Assembly (NCBI GenBank): GCA_000092065.1
Contig: CP000584.1
Direction: 5' to 3' (one strand)
DNA from: Ostreococcus lucimarinus
Taxonomy: Eukaryota
Length of the DNA stretch: 64,000 bases
Shown here: positions 9,522-19,372 of the stretch, one piece after another
Layout: every line of letters starts with the position of its first letter
Position numbering within the stretch: the stretch's first letter is position 1
Made by a program: the position numbers and the translations under genes
Notes under the pieces: generated by a model
What the model saw: the letters and a program-made list of their open reading frames with translations, nothing else
What the model was told of the DNA's origin: nothing
The model's database searches: none

Positions 9522-10304
9522 ATGGCGGTCGCGGCGCGACCGTCGCGATGGGACTTTCGCGCGCGAGTCTTCTTCGCGCTGTGCGCCGTGACGTGCGCGA
9601 GCGGGTGCGCGTGCGCGTGCGCGGCGCTCGCGCCGGGCGTCGTCAGACGACGCGCGGACGCGCTCTTCAGACTGTCGATTTACGCGTCGACGAGCGCGTT
9701 CGCGTACAGGATCGCGTACGGCGCGGCGACGAGCGTGAAGGCGAGAGATTTTAAGGCGCTCGGCGCGCATCTGTCGCGAAGCGCGCGCTCGAACGGGGGG
9801 CAATACATGATTTACGGGTCGATGGCGTTGGCGAGCGCGCGACGCGGCGGCGCCAACGCGCCGCAGTTGGCGCCTTTGATCGTGCTGAGCGCGTATCAGG
9901 TGCTGGCGATCGGGCATAAAGTGTGGGAGGACGCGGATAGTAAAACGATGTGGTGCAAGCTCGGGTTCGGACGCGTGTTCGACGCGGCGCAGCGAAATAT
10001 GGAGCTGGCGCTCGCGATTTGCGCGACGATGGAGGTGTCGCTGATGACGACGATTCTTCTGGATTTAGCGAGTCCTCAGCGACGTAGTTTTAGCCGAGTG
10101 ATCGCGTACGCGTTTTGGCTTCGATCGAGGTATCACTGTCACGATAACACGGTGTTTCGCATCAAGTTTACCGCGCACGATACGGCGCACTACCACAGAG
10201 AGGTTTGGAAAATGTTGGACGAGAAGGTGGCGTCCAAGGTGCCGGCGCTTCGAAAAGCCCTGTCGCCGTTCGCGACGTGGTTCGCCACGCCGTCGGCGTC
10301 GTAA
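9522..10304 (+). CDS. small multi-pass membrane protein (hypothetical)
   Basis: The protein-like part of ORF 8469..10304 begins MAVAARPSRWDF at ATG 9522, with 4 predicted TM segments. The upstream 350 codons are R/A junk antisense to the methyltransferase. TGTAA at 10308-10312 follows the stop. Confidence 0.5.
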   Translation: MAVAARPSRWDFRARVFFALCAVTCASGCACACAALAPGVVRRRADALFRLSIYASTSAFAYRIAYGAATSVKARDFKALGAHLSRSARSNGGQYMIYGSMALASARRGGANAPQLAPLIVLSAYQVLAIGHKVWEDADSKTMWCKLGFGRVFDAAQRNMELALAICATMEVSLMTTILLDLASPQRRSFSRVIAYAFWLRSRYHCHDNTVFRIKFTAHDTAHYHREVWKMLDEKVASKVPALRKALSPFATWFATPSAS

Positions 10305-10358
10305 TGTTGTAACGAGCGTGTTGAATATTAATCATCATCTAAAAGTTCGTCCGATCTA

Positions 10359-11703
10359 TCAATATTTTGGTGGCACTTTGCACGCGTCGATTTCTCTCGC
10401 CGCGGCGTCAAAGCCCGGGAACATCATAAAGTTTGGCGAAATCCCTGTCTGATCGATGTCGACGAGACCTGGGGTGACGTACTTACCCACGGTGAGTACC
10501 ATCCCACTCAAATCACTGAGTTCGTACACGCTCTGAATCAAACCCTTGCCGTACGTCTTACTCCCGACCACAGTCGCTCGACAGTTGTCCTTCAAAGCGC
10601 CGGTTAAAATTTCGCTCGCAGAAGCGCTTCTGCCGTTGACAAGAACAACCAGCGGAACGTCAGCGGCGACGACAGGGTCATTTTTCGACGTCGTGATCGC
10701 CTTCAGCTTAGTCGGTAGTTGAGAATCAGATCCGTTTCTCGCGGTTTTTGTCGCCGAGACGTCGGTATCGCGTTTGACGCCTCCGGCGACGACTCGACCT
10801 TCGGTGTACGCGATGGTCGAATCCGCAGGTAAAAATAATCGAGCAATCTCCACACCAGCTTGCACTAATCCCCCAGGATTGTCGCGTAAGTCTAGAATAT
10901 ACGCGTCTGCTCCTTGCGTCCTTAAATCCGTGATCGCTCTCGCGATATCGCGCTCGGCGAGCGAGTTGAACTCGCGAAGCCGAATGTAACCGACGTGTCC
11001 GCCCTCCAGACGCATGCTCACTGGACTTTTCGGCGCTTCGAATTGACTGTCTCGCGTCAGAGAAACGACGCGCGGGACGTCTTCGCCTGTGCGCGAGATT
11101 GTTAGATCCACGCTCTTCCCGTCAGCCTCTTGAATGAGCGAAGACACCTGAAACGCGCTCAAGCCGCGCACGAGTTCGCCGTTGACGGCGACGATTTCAT
11201 CATCCTGCGCCACTCCAGCCTTCATCGCGCTCGAGTCGAGCACCATTCCCAGCACGCGCACGCGTTCAGGGTCGTCCGCATCTTCCGCGATGTTCAAACC
11301 GACGCCGGTGATGTCGTATTTCAACATCGAAGTGAACCGATCCGGCTCGATGAAGCGCGTAAACTTATCCCCGAGCGTCCCCAGCATCGACTTAATCATC
11401 TCGTACGCCTCCTCGCGACTTTGAGGCGGATTCGCCTCGTGTTCGGCCTTGATCGCCTCCCACGCCGCGCGATCGAATCCGTCCGACTCAGATTTTCTCG
11501 CCGGTAAAAAGTTGTCGAAAACCAACCCCCACGCTTCGTCCAAGATGGTCGCGTCCGTCGCGCCCTCCGATTCCGCCTCCGCCTCCGCCGCTTCGGCCGC
11601 GATCTCGCTCACCAGTTCCACCGCCGACGACACAGATTTCGTCCGCGCGTCCCCTCGACCGCGCGCGACGTCATCCGCGAACGCCGCGGGCGTCCCGAAC
11701 GTC

Positions 11704-11753
<50 letters not shown>

Positions 11754-12218
11754 GCGCGCGCGCGCCGTCGGCCCCATCACCGCTCGCGCGATCGCCTCCG
11801 CCCACGATGACGTCGTCGTCATCGACGCCGACGCGTCGCCGCGCGCGCGCGCGCCGTCGCCGCTCCTCGCGCGCGCGGCGCCGCTCGTTCGCCGTGACCC
11901 ATCGCCCGCGCGTCCCGACGACGACGTCGCGCACCGCGCGCGCGCGTGCGCACCGCGCGTCGTCGCGCGCGACGCGCCCGCGTTCGCGCCACCGCGCGGC
12001 CACGCCTCGGGGCGCGCGCTCGACGCGCGCGCGACGTGGAACCGCATCGCGCGCGTCGCGCGGTGACGCGATTTCGCGACGCGACGCCGCGCTCGTCGTC
12101 GCGCCATGCTCGCCGCGCGCGATGCGCTCTCGCCGCGCGCGTGCGCGCGCGCGTTCGCCCTGCTCGTCCTGCTCGGCGCCCCGCTGTTTGCGACGCGCGG
12201 GGACGCGACGGCGTTCAC
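10359..12218 (-). CDS. ctpA: C-terminal processing peptidase (S41, CtpA/D1-processing protease type) with bipartite plastid-lumen presequence
   Basis: PDZ domain. S41 motifs LDLRDNPGGLVQAG, NGRSASASEI (Ser) and YGKGLIQSV (Lys). The N-terminus is S/R/A-rich, followed by an Ala-rich hydrophobic stretch ending AFA|DD (lumenal signal-peptidase-like site). The start is ambiguous between 12218 and 12107. Confidence 0.8.
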
Positions 12219-12657
12219 CGTCGTCGACGGCGTCGCGAGTTGGCTGAGCGCGCAGAACGGCGGAAGAAAACTCGCGGGATGGCGCGCGGTGGTCGTCGAG
12301 GCGTGCTATTACCCCGACAGCGCGATCGCGCGCCTTAGCGGTCGATCGGTCGAGGCGACGGCGACGCGGATCACGCGAAAGGCGGCGCAGATGCGCGAGG
12401 CGCTCGGCGAGGCGGGGGCGCGCGAGTGCGCGCTGGGGTGCGCGCTCGCGCTGCTGGGGAGCGTCAAGTATTGCGTGAACGGCGATATCGGACCGTACGG
12501 CGTGCTGGCGGCGCTCGAACTCGGGTATTCCGTGTTCGCGAAGGGACTTCCCGCGATGCGGGCGAACGTGGTGGGGACGACGTGCGTCGTCGTCTTCGGC
12601 GCGTTGTCGTCGCCGAGCGCGCGCCGACGCGCGCGGGCGAGGGCGAAGCGAGATTAA
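12106..12657 (+). CDS. candidate small secreted protein (hypothetical)
   Basis: 183-aa ORF with a signal-peptide-like N-terminus (MLAARDALSPRACARAFALLVLLGAPLFATRG) and non-repetitive composition. Its ATG shares a CATG palindrome at 12105-12108 with a possible CtpA start on the opposite strand. Confidence 0.3.
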   Translation: MLAARDALSPRACARAFALLVLLGAPLFATRGDATAFTVVDGVASWLSAQNGGRKLAGWRAVVVEACYYPDSAIARLSGRSVEATATRITRKAAQMREALGEAGARECALGCALALLGSVKYCVNGDIGPYGVLAALELGYSVFAKGLPAMRANVVGTTCVVVFGALSSPSARRRARARAKRD

Positions 12658-12827
12658 CGACGCGCTGCGATCGATTTCGCGCGTTCGGGCGTTCGGTTTT
12701 TGATCTTTCTTGTGAATTCGTGACGTGAAAGCGTCGACCTGTCGGTATAATAATGTACAATTCGTTCTCGCTGAATCGCGTCCGTCATTCGTTCTCATCG
12801 CGCGGCGTCGCGTCGGCGCGCGACGCT

Positions 12828-14438
12828 CTACTTCGGCGCGCGATGCTCTCGCCAGAGGAAGAAACCGCAGTCACAATCGGGATTGGTGCGCGCGCCGGCC
12901 GGGCGCGGGCAGCAAAAGAACACGCGTCCACAGTGTGGGCTCTCCTTCTTCTTCACCGTGCGTACTTTGCACGTTTCGCCGTGCTTGCACTTGGGAGGCG
13001 CCATTTTGGCGAACGTGTTCATCCACGCGCCTCGCGCTTCTTCGGAGCTCACTTTCGTCTCGCGCGATTCGAATGCGTTCGCCGTGGGTGCTATAGGTTG
13101 TTCTACTGTGTCTAGTTGGCGTTCGTTTCGGTCATCCGGCTCTTTCTTTTTGGACTTGACGACGAAGAAATCTTTCAACGTCGCTTCGGGCTTGCGCTTG
13201 GGCGCGTCTGAGACGCCCGCGCGGGATTGGGCGCGGGCGCTTGGGCGCGTCGGCTTCGCTCGCGACTGAGACGCCGCGTTAAGAAATTCCGGCGTCGCGT
13301 TGCTCGTCGACGATGCGCGTGCGAATATTGAATCTACCGTGGTTTGTCGACCTGGGTAAAGCATCGAAATCGCCAAAGACGGAGGCGTTTGTTGCGAATC
13401 TCTCCGCCTCCACATCGATTCCTCGAGCTCAAGATAGACTGGCGCGTGATCGCTCCCTTCAAATTTTTGTGCCACACCGACGCCTCGGACGCGCTTCAAC
13501 GTCACCGCTCGATCGCACAAGAAATAATCGATTCGTGATCCATAATTGGACAACTGCGCTCCACTCGCAACGTTCCAACACGTGAACGCATCGCCGAGCG
13601 TCGGAAAAAATTCGCGAAACACGTCCACCATCGCGTCCCCGGCAAGTTGTGCCGCGAGCCAATCGCGCGATGGATTTCGAGGTTCCACCGCGTTCGGGTC
13701 TTCATCCGCGCGATCGAGTTTCCACGACGGTGCGATGTTCCAATCACCGCATAAAATCACATTTCGACCGCGTTCGCGCAGACTCTTGTATCTCGCCTCG
13801 AGCGCGCTCAAAAAATCGCGCTTGAACGCCGCGCGCTCGGCTGTTTTCTCATCGACCGCTGGATCGCCGAAAACGGCCGGCACGTACACCGTGCACAGAA
13901 CGAACTCACCGAAATCGACCCACAACGCCCTGCCCTCGCCGTCGATCTCTTTCGCGCGCGTCGCGTCGTCCGCGAACGGCGCGATTTCTCCCGCCCACAT
14001 GGTCGACTCGCCCGCGTCGCCTTTCGCGCACACTCCCCGCTCGATCGACGTCGGGCAAATCTCGTTCGAGCGCCAGTACACCGCCACGCCGCTGTATCCC
14101 ACGCGGTGATTGGAGGATTCGCACACCGCGTGGGCGCCGTCCCAACCTTCGACGCGTTCCAGCCGCTCGACGTCGCCGCTCGAGCTCAGCTTTGTTTCCT
14201 GCAAACAAATCACCTTCAAATCGCTTCCGAGCGCGTCGAACAGCGCCTTCATGGACCCGTAGCCGTGTATCCGACGCACGCCGTGCGCGTCCGCGCGTCC
14301 GTTCGTTTTTTGCGCCGCGCGCGCGTCCGTGAGCGCGCGCAACCCGCGCAGACCGACGTTCCACGAGACAATCGTCGAGCGTCGCGACGCCGCGTTCGAG
14401 CGTCGAGGGTACGCGCGCGCGTCGTCGGGCGTCGACAT
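12828..14438 (-). CDS. APE2: AP endonuclease 2-like (exonuclease III family) with C-terminal GRF zinc finger
   Basis: EEP-fold motifs (ICLQETK ... FEGSDHAPVYLEL). The C-terminal CKHGETCKVRTVKKKESPHCGRVFFCCP...CDCGFFLW is a GRF-type zinc ribbon, as in APE2. Confidence 0.75.
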   Translation of the reverse strand: MSTPDDARAYPRRSNAASRRSTIVSWNVGLRGLRALTDARAAQKTNGRADAHGVRRIHGYGSMKALFDALGSDLKVICLQETKLSSSGDVERLERVEGWDGAHAVCESSNHRVGYSGVAVYWRSNEICPTSIERGVCAKGDAGESTMWAGEIAPFADDATRAKEIDGEGRALWVDFGEFVLCTVYVPAVFGDPAVDEKTAERAAFKRDFLSALEARYKSLRERGRNVILCGDWNIAPSWKLDRADEDPNAVEPRNPSRDWLAAQLAGDAMVDVFREFFPTLGDAFTCWNVASGAQLSNYGSRIDYFLCDRAVTLKRVRGVGVAQKFEGSDHAPVYLELEESMWRRRDSQQTPPSLAISMLYPGRQTTVDSIFARASSTSNATPEFLNAASQSRAKPTRPSARAQSRAGVSDAPKRKPEATLKDFFVVKSKKKEPDDRNERQLDTVEQPIAPTANAFESRETKVSSEEARGAWMNTFAKMAPPKCKHGETCKVRTVKKKESPHCGRVFFCCPRPAGARTNPDCDCGFFLWREHRAPK

Positions 14439-14568
14439 CGCGCGCTTAAACGCGTCGCGCGCGCCGCGGTGACGCGAGGTGTCGCATGCCGACGAGCGTT
14501 CGAATGCCGATGACGAGTGCCTCGTTTCCTCTACTCACAACGCGCGTTCGAGTCGCGGGACTACGGCG

Positions 14569-17142
14569 CTAGAGGACGAGCTTGACCCACGGCATGTCGC
14601 ACGCGTCGTTCTCGCAGTTCTCCACCAGCGCGAACGTGATGTCAGCCATGGGCACGGAGAGGGAAATTTGTTGTAAATTTCTGGCCGTCGAGGCGTCCGT
14701 CATGATGAGGTGCGTGGAACGTAAGCGAGAGGCGATGCGAACGCCGCTCCCAATCGGGGGCTCGGCGACGTTTACGCGCGGATCTTTGCACATCACCTTG
14801 AGCATTTGCATCACCGTGCCCATGTCCACGGTGGTCGTGCCGGTGCGTTGAAGCGCCTTAACCAACGCTATCAAGAACATGCGCTCGTAAAAGCTCGCAG
14901 CGTGAATGAGTTTCATGTGCGGACCGTCGAACATTTCGCTTTGCGCTTGGCGGACGTCGTCCATGGTTACTTTTTCGATGCGAGCCTTGGCGCGCGCTGC
15001 GGCGCCCTCTTCTGGTTGCGCGTTTTGCAAAGTGAGAGTAGTCACCTTTTCGACGTTAATTCTGGCTTCGGCGACTTCCGCCGCTCGCCGCGCGAGTTCG
15101 AGCGCTCGCCGCGCGTCGCCGTTCACCGAAGCAACTTTTCTGCAAATCAAGTCGAGGGTCGACGGCGCGTAGGCGTCGCTGCATCCCTCGACACTTTCCA
15201 GACGCGAGGTGACGATCTTCTTGAGCTGTTCCCAGGAATACGGAGCGAAAGCCGCGCGATTGCTTCCGAGTCGAGACGCGATGCGCGGGAGCATGCGTTC
15301 GGGTACGTCGAGCGTGTTGGCGATGCCGATGACGACGAGTCGACTCTTCTTGTGAGTCGGCCAATCGAAAATATTGTACAGCACGTCTTGCCTGTGCGTA
15401 ACGAGCAAATCAAGCTCGTCGACGATGAGAACTGTGACTCGTCCATCGCTTCCTTTGCCTTCCTTGAATCTCTTCTCCAAGACCATGCTCGCTTTGTCCG
15501 GGCTAAACTTTTGCCCCATCAACTCTTCGGCGATGGTGCTGTACGCGTGCTTGGGCGTTTGCAAACGGAGCGCGTTGAGCTCAACGTGGTTGAACTTTGG
15601 AATCACGCCGTTGCGCGCTTGCGAACGAAGGACCCGTATGATTTCGCGAACTGTCGCCGTCTTGCCCGTACCGGGGACGCCGGAAATGTACAGACATTTT
15701 CCCGTGCTGTGCGAACCCGCCATGATGGCTTCGTGCACGAAGTCGTAGACTTGCTTGCGTTCGTTTTCGCGACACGGCAGCGTCGCCGGCGTCGATGCCA
15801 GAGATAACACAGCGCGCACGCCGCCTAAAACAGTCGACGGGTGCTTCCTACCACGACTGAGAGCGCTGCCACCGAAACCAGCAATCTCCAAACGCGCCGC
15901 CGCGTCTTCCACACGCCGTCGAGCGGCGAGACGACCCGCGAGACGACTGTTGGCGCCCGACTTTTTGTCCTTCTTTTTCTTCGAGTCCCAGTCGTCGTCC
16001 TCTGCGTCGCGCCAGTCTAATTCATTCTCAAAGCGATCGTCGTCGCTGAATTCGTCCTCTTCGCCCCATTCGCCGCGACGCTTGAAGCGCTGAAACGCGG
16101 TGTCGTACGTGTATTCGCACACGTACGTGTCGTGCGATCCTTCCTCTTGATCTCGGAATTCTTGAGGCGTGCACACCTTGGCGACGCGAAATAAGCAATC
16201 GACGGGATTAACGTCGACGTTATGCGTCAAAAACACCTCGCGCCGATGCTGAATGGGTTGGCGTCCCATGTGCGTCTCCTCGGGCAGCGCGTACCATCGC
16301 GCCGCGAATTGGTACTCTCCGTTCTCTTCCCAAATGTGCTCTATACGCGCTAAATGGAACCTACCCGCCATGAACTCCGTGCACGCGGTGCGCGTCAACG
16401 TTTCGATTCGCGGCACCGCGCTCGCGGCCTCCCCGCCCCGCGCACACAACGGACAGTGCCAATCGCTCTCCGGCACGCGCGTCAGCGGCGGCTTGAGACA
16501 GCACATGTGCCACCCGCTCAGACACGTATCGCACTCGAGCATGATTCGATCCGCGTTCGGCGCTTCACCGCACACCATGCAAGGACAATCTTCGTCGTCA
16601 TCGAAATCGACCGTTTTCTCGTTCACCACGTACACGCTATCGCCCACGGCAAACTTTTCGCCTTCCAAATTCACGCACTTCCAATACTTGCGCTTCGGCG
16701 CCGCCGCCGCCGCGTTCAATTTTTTTCCCCTCCCCACCTTTTTCCCGTCCGACCCCCCCCCGACGTCGCTCGCGACGTCCCGCGCGTCGCGCGTCCTCGT
16801 CCTCTCCCCCTCGCTCGCTTTCGCCTTCGTCTTTTTCCCTCCTCTCCCCGACGCGTCCCTCGCCGCGTCGTCGTCTCGCGTCCGCGCCGCCTCCGTCTCC
16901 ATCTCCTTCCTCCCTCGCGCCATCTGCGCCAAAAACGCCGCGTTCGCCCGCTTCTTCTTCTTCTTCTTCTTCGCCTTCCCATCGTTCGCGTCCTCGTCGT
17001 CCCGTCCCGTCGTCGTCGTCGTCGTCGTCGTCTTTCGCTTCGTCGGTCGCGTCCCATCCTCGGTGGCGTACACCCGCGTCGCCATCGCGCGCGCGCGCGA
17101 CGTCGACGCGAGTCGCGATCGCAGTCGCGTCTGCCGCTCCAT
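14569..17142 (-). CDS. ORC1: origin recognition complex subunit 1 (plant type: BAH domain with embedded PHD finger, AAA+ ATPase, winged helix)
   Basis: BAH (KYWKCVNLEGEKFAVGDSVYV...) interrupted by a PHD (CPCMVCGE...CDTCLSGWHMCCL...HCPLC). Walker A GVPGTGKTAT, Walker B LIVDELD. Cdc6/Orc1 C-terminal winged helix. Confidence 0.85.
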   Translation of the reverse strand: MERQTRLRSRLASTSRARAMATRVYATEDGTRPTKRKTTTTTTTTGRDDEDANDGKAKKKKKKKRANAAFLAQMARGRKEMETEAARTRDDDAARDASGRGGKKTKAKASEGERTRTRDARDVASDVGGGSDGKKVGRGKKLNAAAAAPKRKYWKCVNLEGEKFAVGDSVYVVNEKTVDFDDDEDCPCMVCGEAPNADRIMLECDTCLSGWHMCCLKPPLTRVPESDWHCPLCARGGEAASAVPRIETLTRTACTEFMAGRFHLARIEHIWEENGEYQFAARWYALPEETHMGRQPIQHRREVFLTHNVDVNPVDCLFRVAKVCTPQEFRDQEEGSHDTYVCEYTYDTAFQRFKRRGEWGEEDEFSDDDRFENELDWRDAEDDDWDSKKKKDKKSGANSRLAGRLAARRRVEDAAARLEIAGFGGSALSRGRKHPSTVLGGVRAVLSLASTPATLPCRENERKQVYDFVHEAIMAGSHSTGKCLYISGVPGTGKTATVREIIRVLRSQARNGVIPKFNHVELNALRLQTPKHAYSTIAEELMGQKFSPDKASMVLEKRFKEGKGSDGRVTVLIVDELDLLVTHRQDVLYNIFDWPTHKKSRLVVIGIANTLDVPERMLPRIASRLGSNRAAFAPYSWEQLKKIVTSRLESVEGCSDAYAPSTLDLICRKVASVNGDARRALELARRAAEVAEARINVEKVTTLTLQNAQPEEGAAARAKARIEKVTMDDVRQAQSEMFDGPHMKLIHAASFYERMFLIALVKALQRTGTTTVDMGTVMQMLKVMCKDPRVNVAEPPIGSGVRIASRLRSTHLIMTDASTARNLQQISLSVPMADITFALVENCENDACDMPWVKLVL

Positions 17143-17192
17143 CTCGTCCGTCGTCCCTCGTCGCCGGCGTCGCGGTGTGAGCGCGCGTCGCG

Positions 17193-18974
17193 GTGTGCGC
17201 GCACCGCGATTCGAATCGATCGCGCGACAGCTCGAGTTTGAATTCGCGTTCGCGTCGTCGCGAGTGCGACGCGCGCGAGGGACGACGGATGCGCGTCTCG
17301 ACGTCGACGCGCGTCTCGATCGCGGTCGCGTCGACGCCGCGTCGCGCGCGTCGGCGACGACGCGCGAACGCGACGCGACGACGCGCGTTCGACGACGACG
17401 ACGACGACGACGACGGACTCGATGGACTCGTGCGACGGGCGTGCGCGCGAATCGGACGCGGCGACGAGGAAGCGAAAGAGATGACGGCGCGATTGCGGGC
17501 GAATTGGTTCGAGACGGCGGAGGACGTGCGAGGGATGGGGCCGGAGGACGCGCGCGCGGCGGGAATGCCGGCGAGGCTGTACGCGAGCGTGCGGGCGACG
17601 CTGGACGAGGACGAAGAAGACGACGTAGAGGCGAGAAATGGGGAAACGAAGCGCGAGGAGAGCGAAAGTGGGTGGATCGGGGGGGCGCTGCCGGGCGCGG
17701 GAACGCGCGCGCCGACGGTGACGCGAGAGGGAGGGACGGCGCTCGCCGACGTGCGCGTGACGCAACGGCGACGATTGAAACCGTTTTCTCTGCGCGGCGA
17801 AGAGGTGAGCGCGGAGTTGGAGGAAGAGTTGAATACGCTGGTGAGAGATTTGACGTCGAGACGCGTCGGTGGTGGGCGCGCGCCCGTGCGAGAGCGCACG
17901 GCGATGAATCACGTCGCCGTGGCGAAGCAATTCATGGGATGGTTGTGCCGAGAGTCAGAGCACGCGAGCGAGTTTGCGACTCTGAGCGTCGATGGACGCG
18001 TGGTGTTGCGTCCGGGCGTGTCGTTGCGCGACGCGTTTCCGAAGCGCGAATCCGTAGGCGCGAAGTACGCGATAGAATACGTTCAGTGGCTCAGCGACGA
18101 GCGTCGCATCAAATCGACGACGGAGGATTTTCAGCTGCGAAGTCTCGTCGCCTTGGCGAAGTGGGTGCACGCGTTCGTCGAAGACGACGGTATAGCGCCG
18201 CCGTGCGTGCAAGAGCTCGTTCGAGTGCAGCGATCGGCGCGCGATCGCGCGAAAAACGCCCCACACGCCGCGGACGACGACCGAAAATGGCTCGAATGGG
18301 ATCAGTACTTGGCGCTCGTCGAGCATCTCAAACTCGAGTGCGCGCCGCTGGATTGCAACGGCAAAGAGCGCTCTGAGCGCGAAATCGCGATGAGCGTGCA
18401 GCGCTATTTATTGTTCGCCATCTTGGCGTGCATTCCCGATCGCCAGCGAACGTTGCGCGAGCTGCAGTTGAACAAGACGCTCTTTCGCGACGCCTCCACC
18501 GGCGCGTGGATGGTGCGTCACGGCAGCGACGATTACAAAACGGGCGGCGCCTACGGCGAGCGACCCGCGCTCGTGATCGATTCTCGCGTCTATCCAGCGC
18601 TCGAGAGTTGGCTCTCCACCCACCGAGCCGCGTTATCGCCGTCCCACGACTTTGTTTTCACCCGCCCCAACGGCACGCCCTGGACGGTGAGCGAATTGTC
18701 GCGAACGTTTTCCCGCGCCGCCCTTCGCGTCACCGGCCAAAAGACCAATCCCCACTTGATTCGCGACATGATCGTCACCCACGTCCGCTCTCGCGGCATC
18801 GCCAGCGACGCCGAGCTCGAGGCCTTGGCTCGTTTCATGGGTCACTCCAGCGCCATGCAAAAGTCCACCTACGACCGCCGCACGACGCAAGAAAAAGTCA
18901 ACCCGGCGTTGTCGTTGATGGCCAACGTCAACGCCGCCGCGCCGCCGTCGCGACCGGCGTCCGCGCCGTCCTAG
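17193..18974 (+). CDS. tyrosine recombinase (phage-integrase/Crypton-like: SAM-like core-binding domain + catalytic domain), single host-like gene
   Basis: Catalytic residues in order: R (ACIPDRQRTLRELQL), K (DYKTGGAYGERPALVI), HxxR (NPHLIRDMIV), H (FMGHSS), Y (QKSTYDRR). SAM-like N-terminal domain (MNHVAVAKQFMGWL..IEYVQWL..LAKWVHAF). The start is likely ATG 17481, because the first 96 codons are low-complexity antisense to the ORC1 5' end. Confidence 0.7.
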   Translation: MCAHRDSNRSRDSSSLNSRSRRRECDAREGRRMRVSTSTRVSIAVASTPRRARRRRRANATRRRAFDDDDDDDDGLDGLVRRACARIGRGDEEAKEMTARLRANWFETAEDVRGMGPEDARAAGMPARLYASVRATLDEDEEDDVEARNGETKREESESGWIGGALPGAGTRAPTVTREGGTALADVRVTQRRRLKPFSLRGEEVSAELEEELNTLVRDLTSRRVGGGRAPVRERTAMNHVAVAKQFMGWLCRESEHASEFATLSVDGRVVLRPGVSLRDAFPKRESVGAKYAIEYVQWLSDERRIKSTTEDFQLRSLVALAKWVHAFVEDDGIAPPCVQELVRVQRSARDRAKNAPHAADDDRKWLEWDQYLALVEHLKLECAPLDCNGKERSEREIAMSVQRYLLFAILACIPDRQRTLRELQLNKTLFRDASTGAWMVRHGSDDYKTGGAYGERPALVIDSRVYPALESWLSTHRAALSPSHDFVFTRPNGTPWTVSELSRTFSRAALRVTGQKTNPHLIRDMIVTHVRSRGIASDAELEALARFMGHSSAMQKSTYDRRTTQEKVNPALSLMANVNAAAPPSRPASAPS

Positions 18975-19372
18975 CGATCGCGGAGTCGATCGATTTTCGG
19001 TCTCGACCGCGGCGTCCGGATCGGATCCCGTCGGCGCGCGCCCGCGATGAAACCAAACCAAACCAAACGCCACCGAACCAAACACAGACACGACGCGACC
19101 ACGCGCCGCCGCGCGGTGACCTCGCCGCAGTCGGGGACGCGAGTCGCGACTCGCCGATTCATCACCGCGCGTCGCCGCGGCGCGACGACGCGCGAGAGCG
19201 GAGAAAGGGCGCTCGAATCGTCGATCGCGAATCGCGTCGAACGCGCGACGCGACCGACGCGCGCGACGCGCGCGACGCCGCGCGACGCGACGGCGCGGGA
19301 CGCGCGATCGACGCCCGGACGCGAATCGACGGGAGGCGCGAGCGACGCGAGGAAACGTCGGCGACGCGCGCG

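Noticed and set aside
11671-12798. 375-aa ORF on the minus strand with a (G)15 run
   Set aside because: It overlaps the CtpA presequence region and the candidate secreted ORF. Poly-Gly/Arg composition comes from the (GCC)n microsatellite.
16253-18376. 707-aa ORF 16253..18376 (+) and 400+ aa ORFs 16637..17899 / 16716..17930 (-)
   Set aside because: They overlap ORC1 and the tyrosine-recombinase gene in other frames or strands. They are dominated by R, S, G and V runs, with no domain signatures.
17193-18974. Tyrosine recombinase as part of a DIRS/Ngaro retrotransposon
   Set aside because: No reverse transcriptase, RNase H or methyltransferase ORFs, and no inverted or split direct repeats, within several kb on either side. 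The immediate neighbours are conserved host genes.
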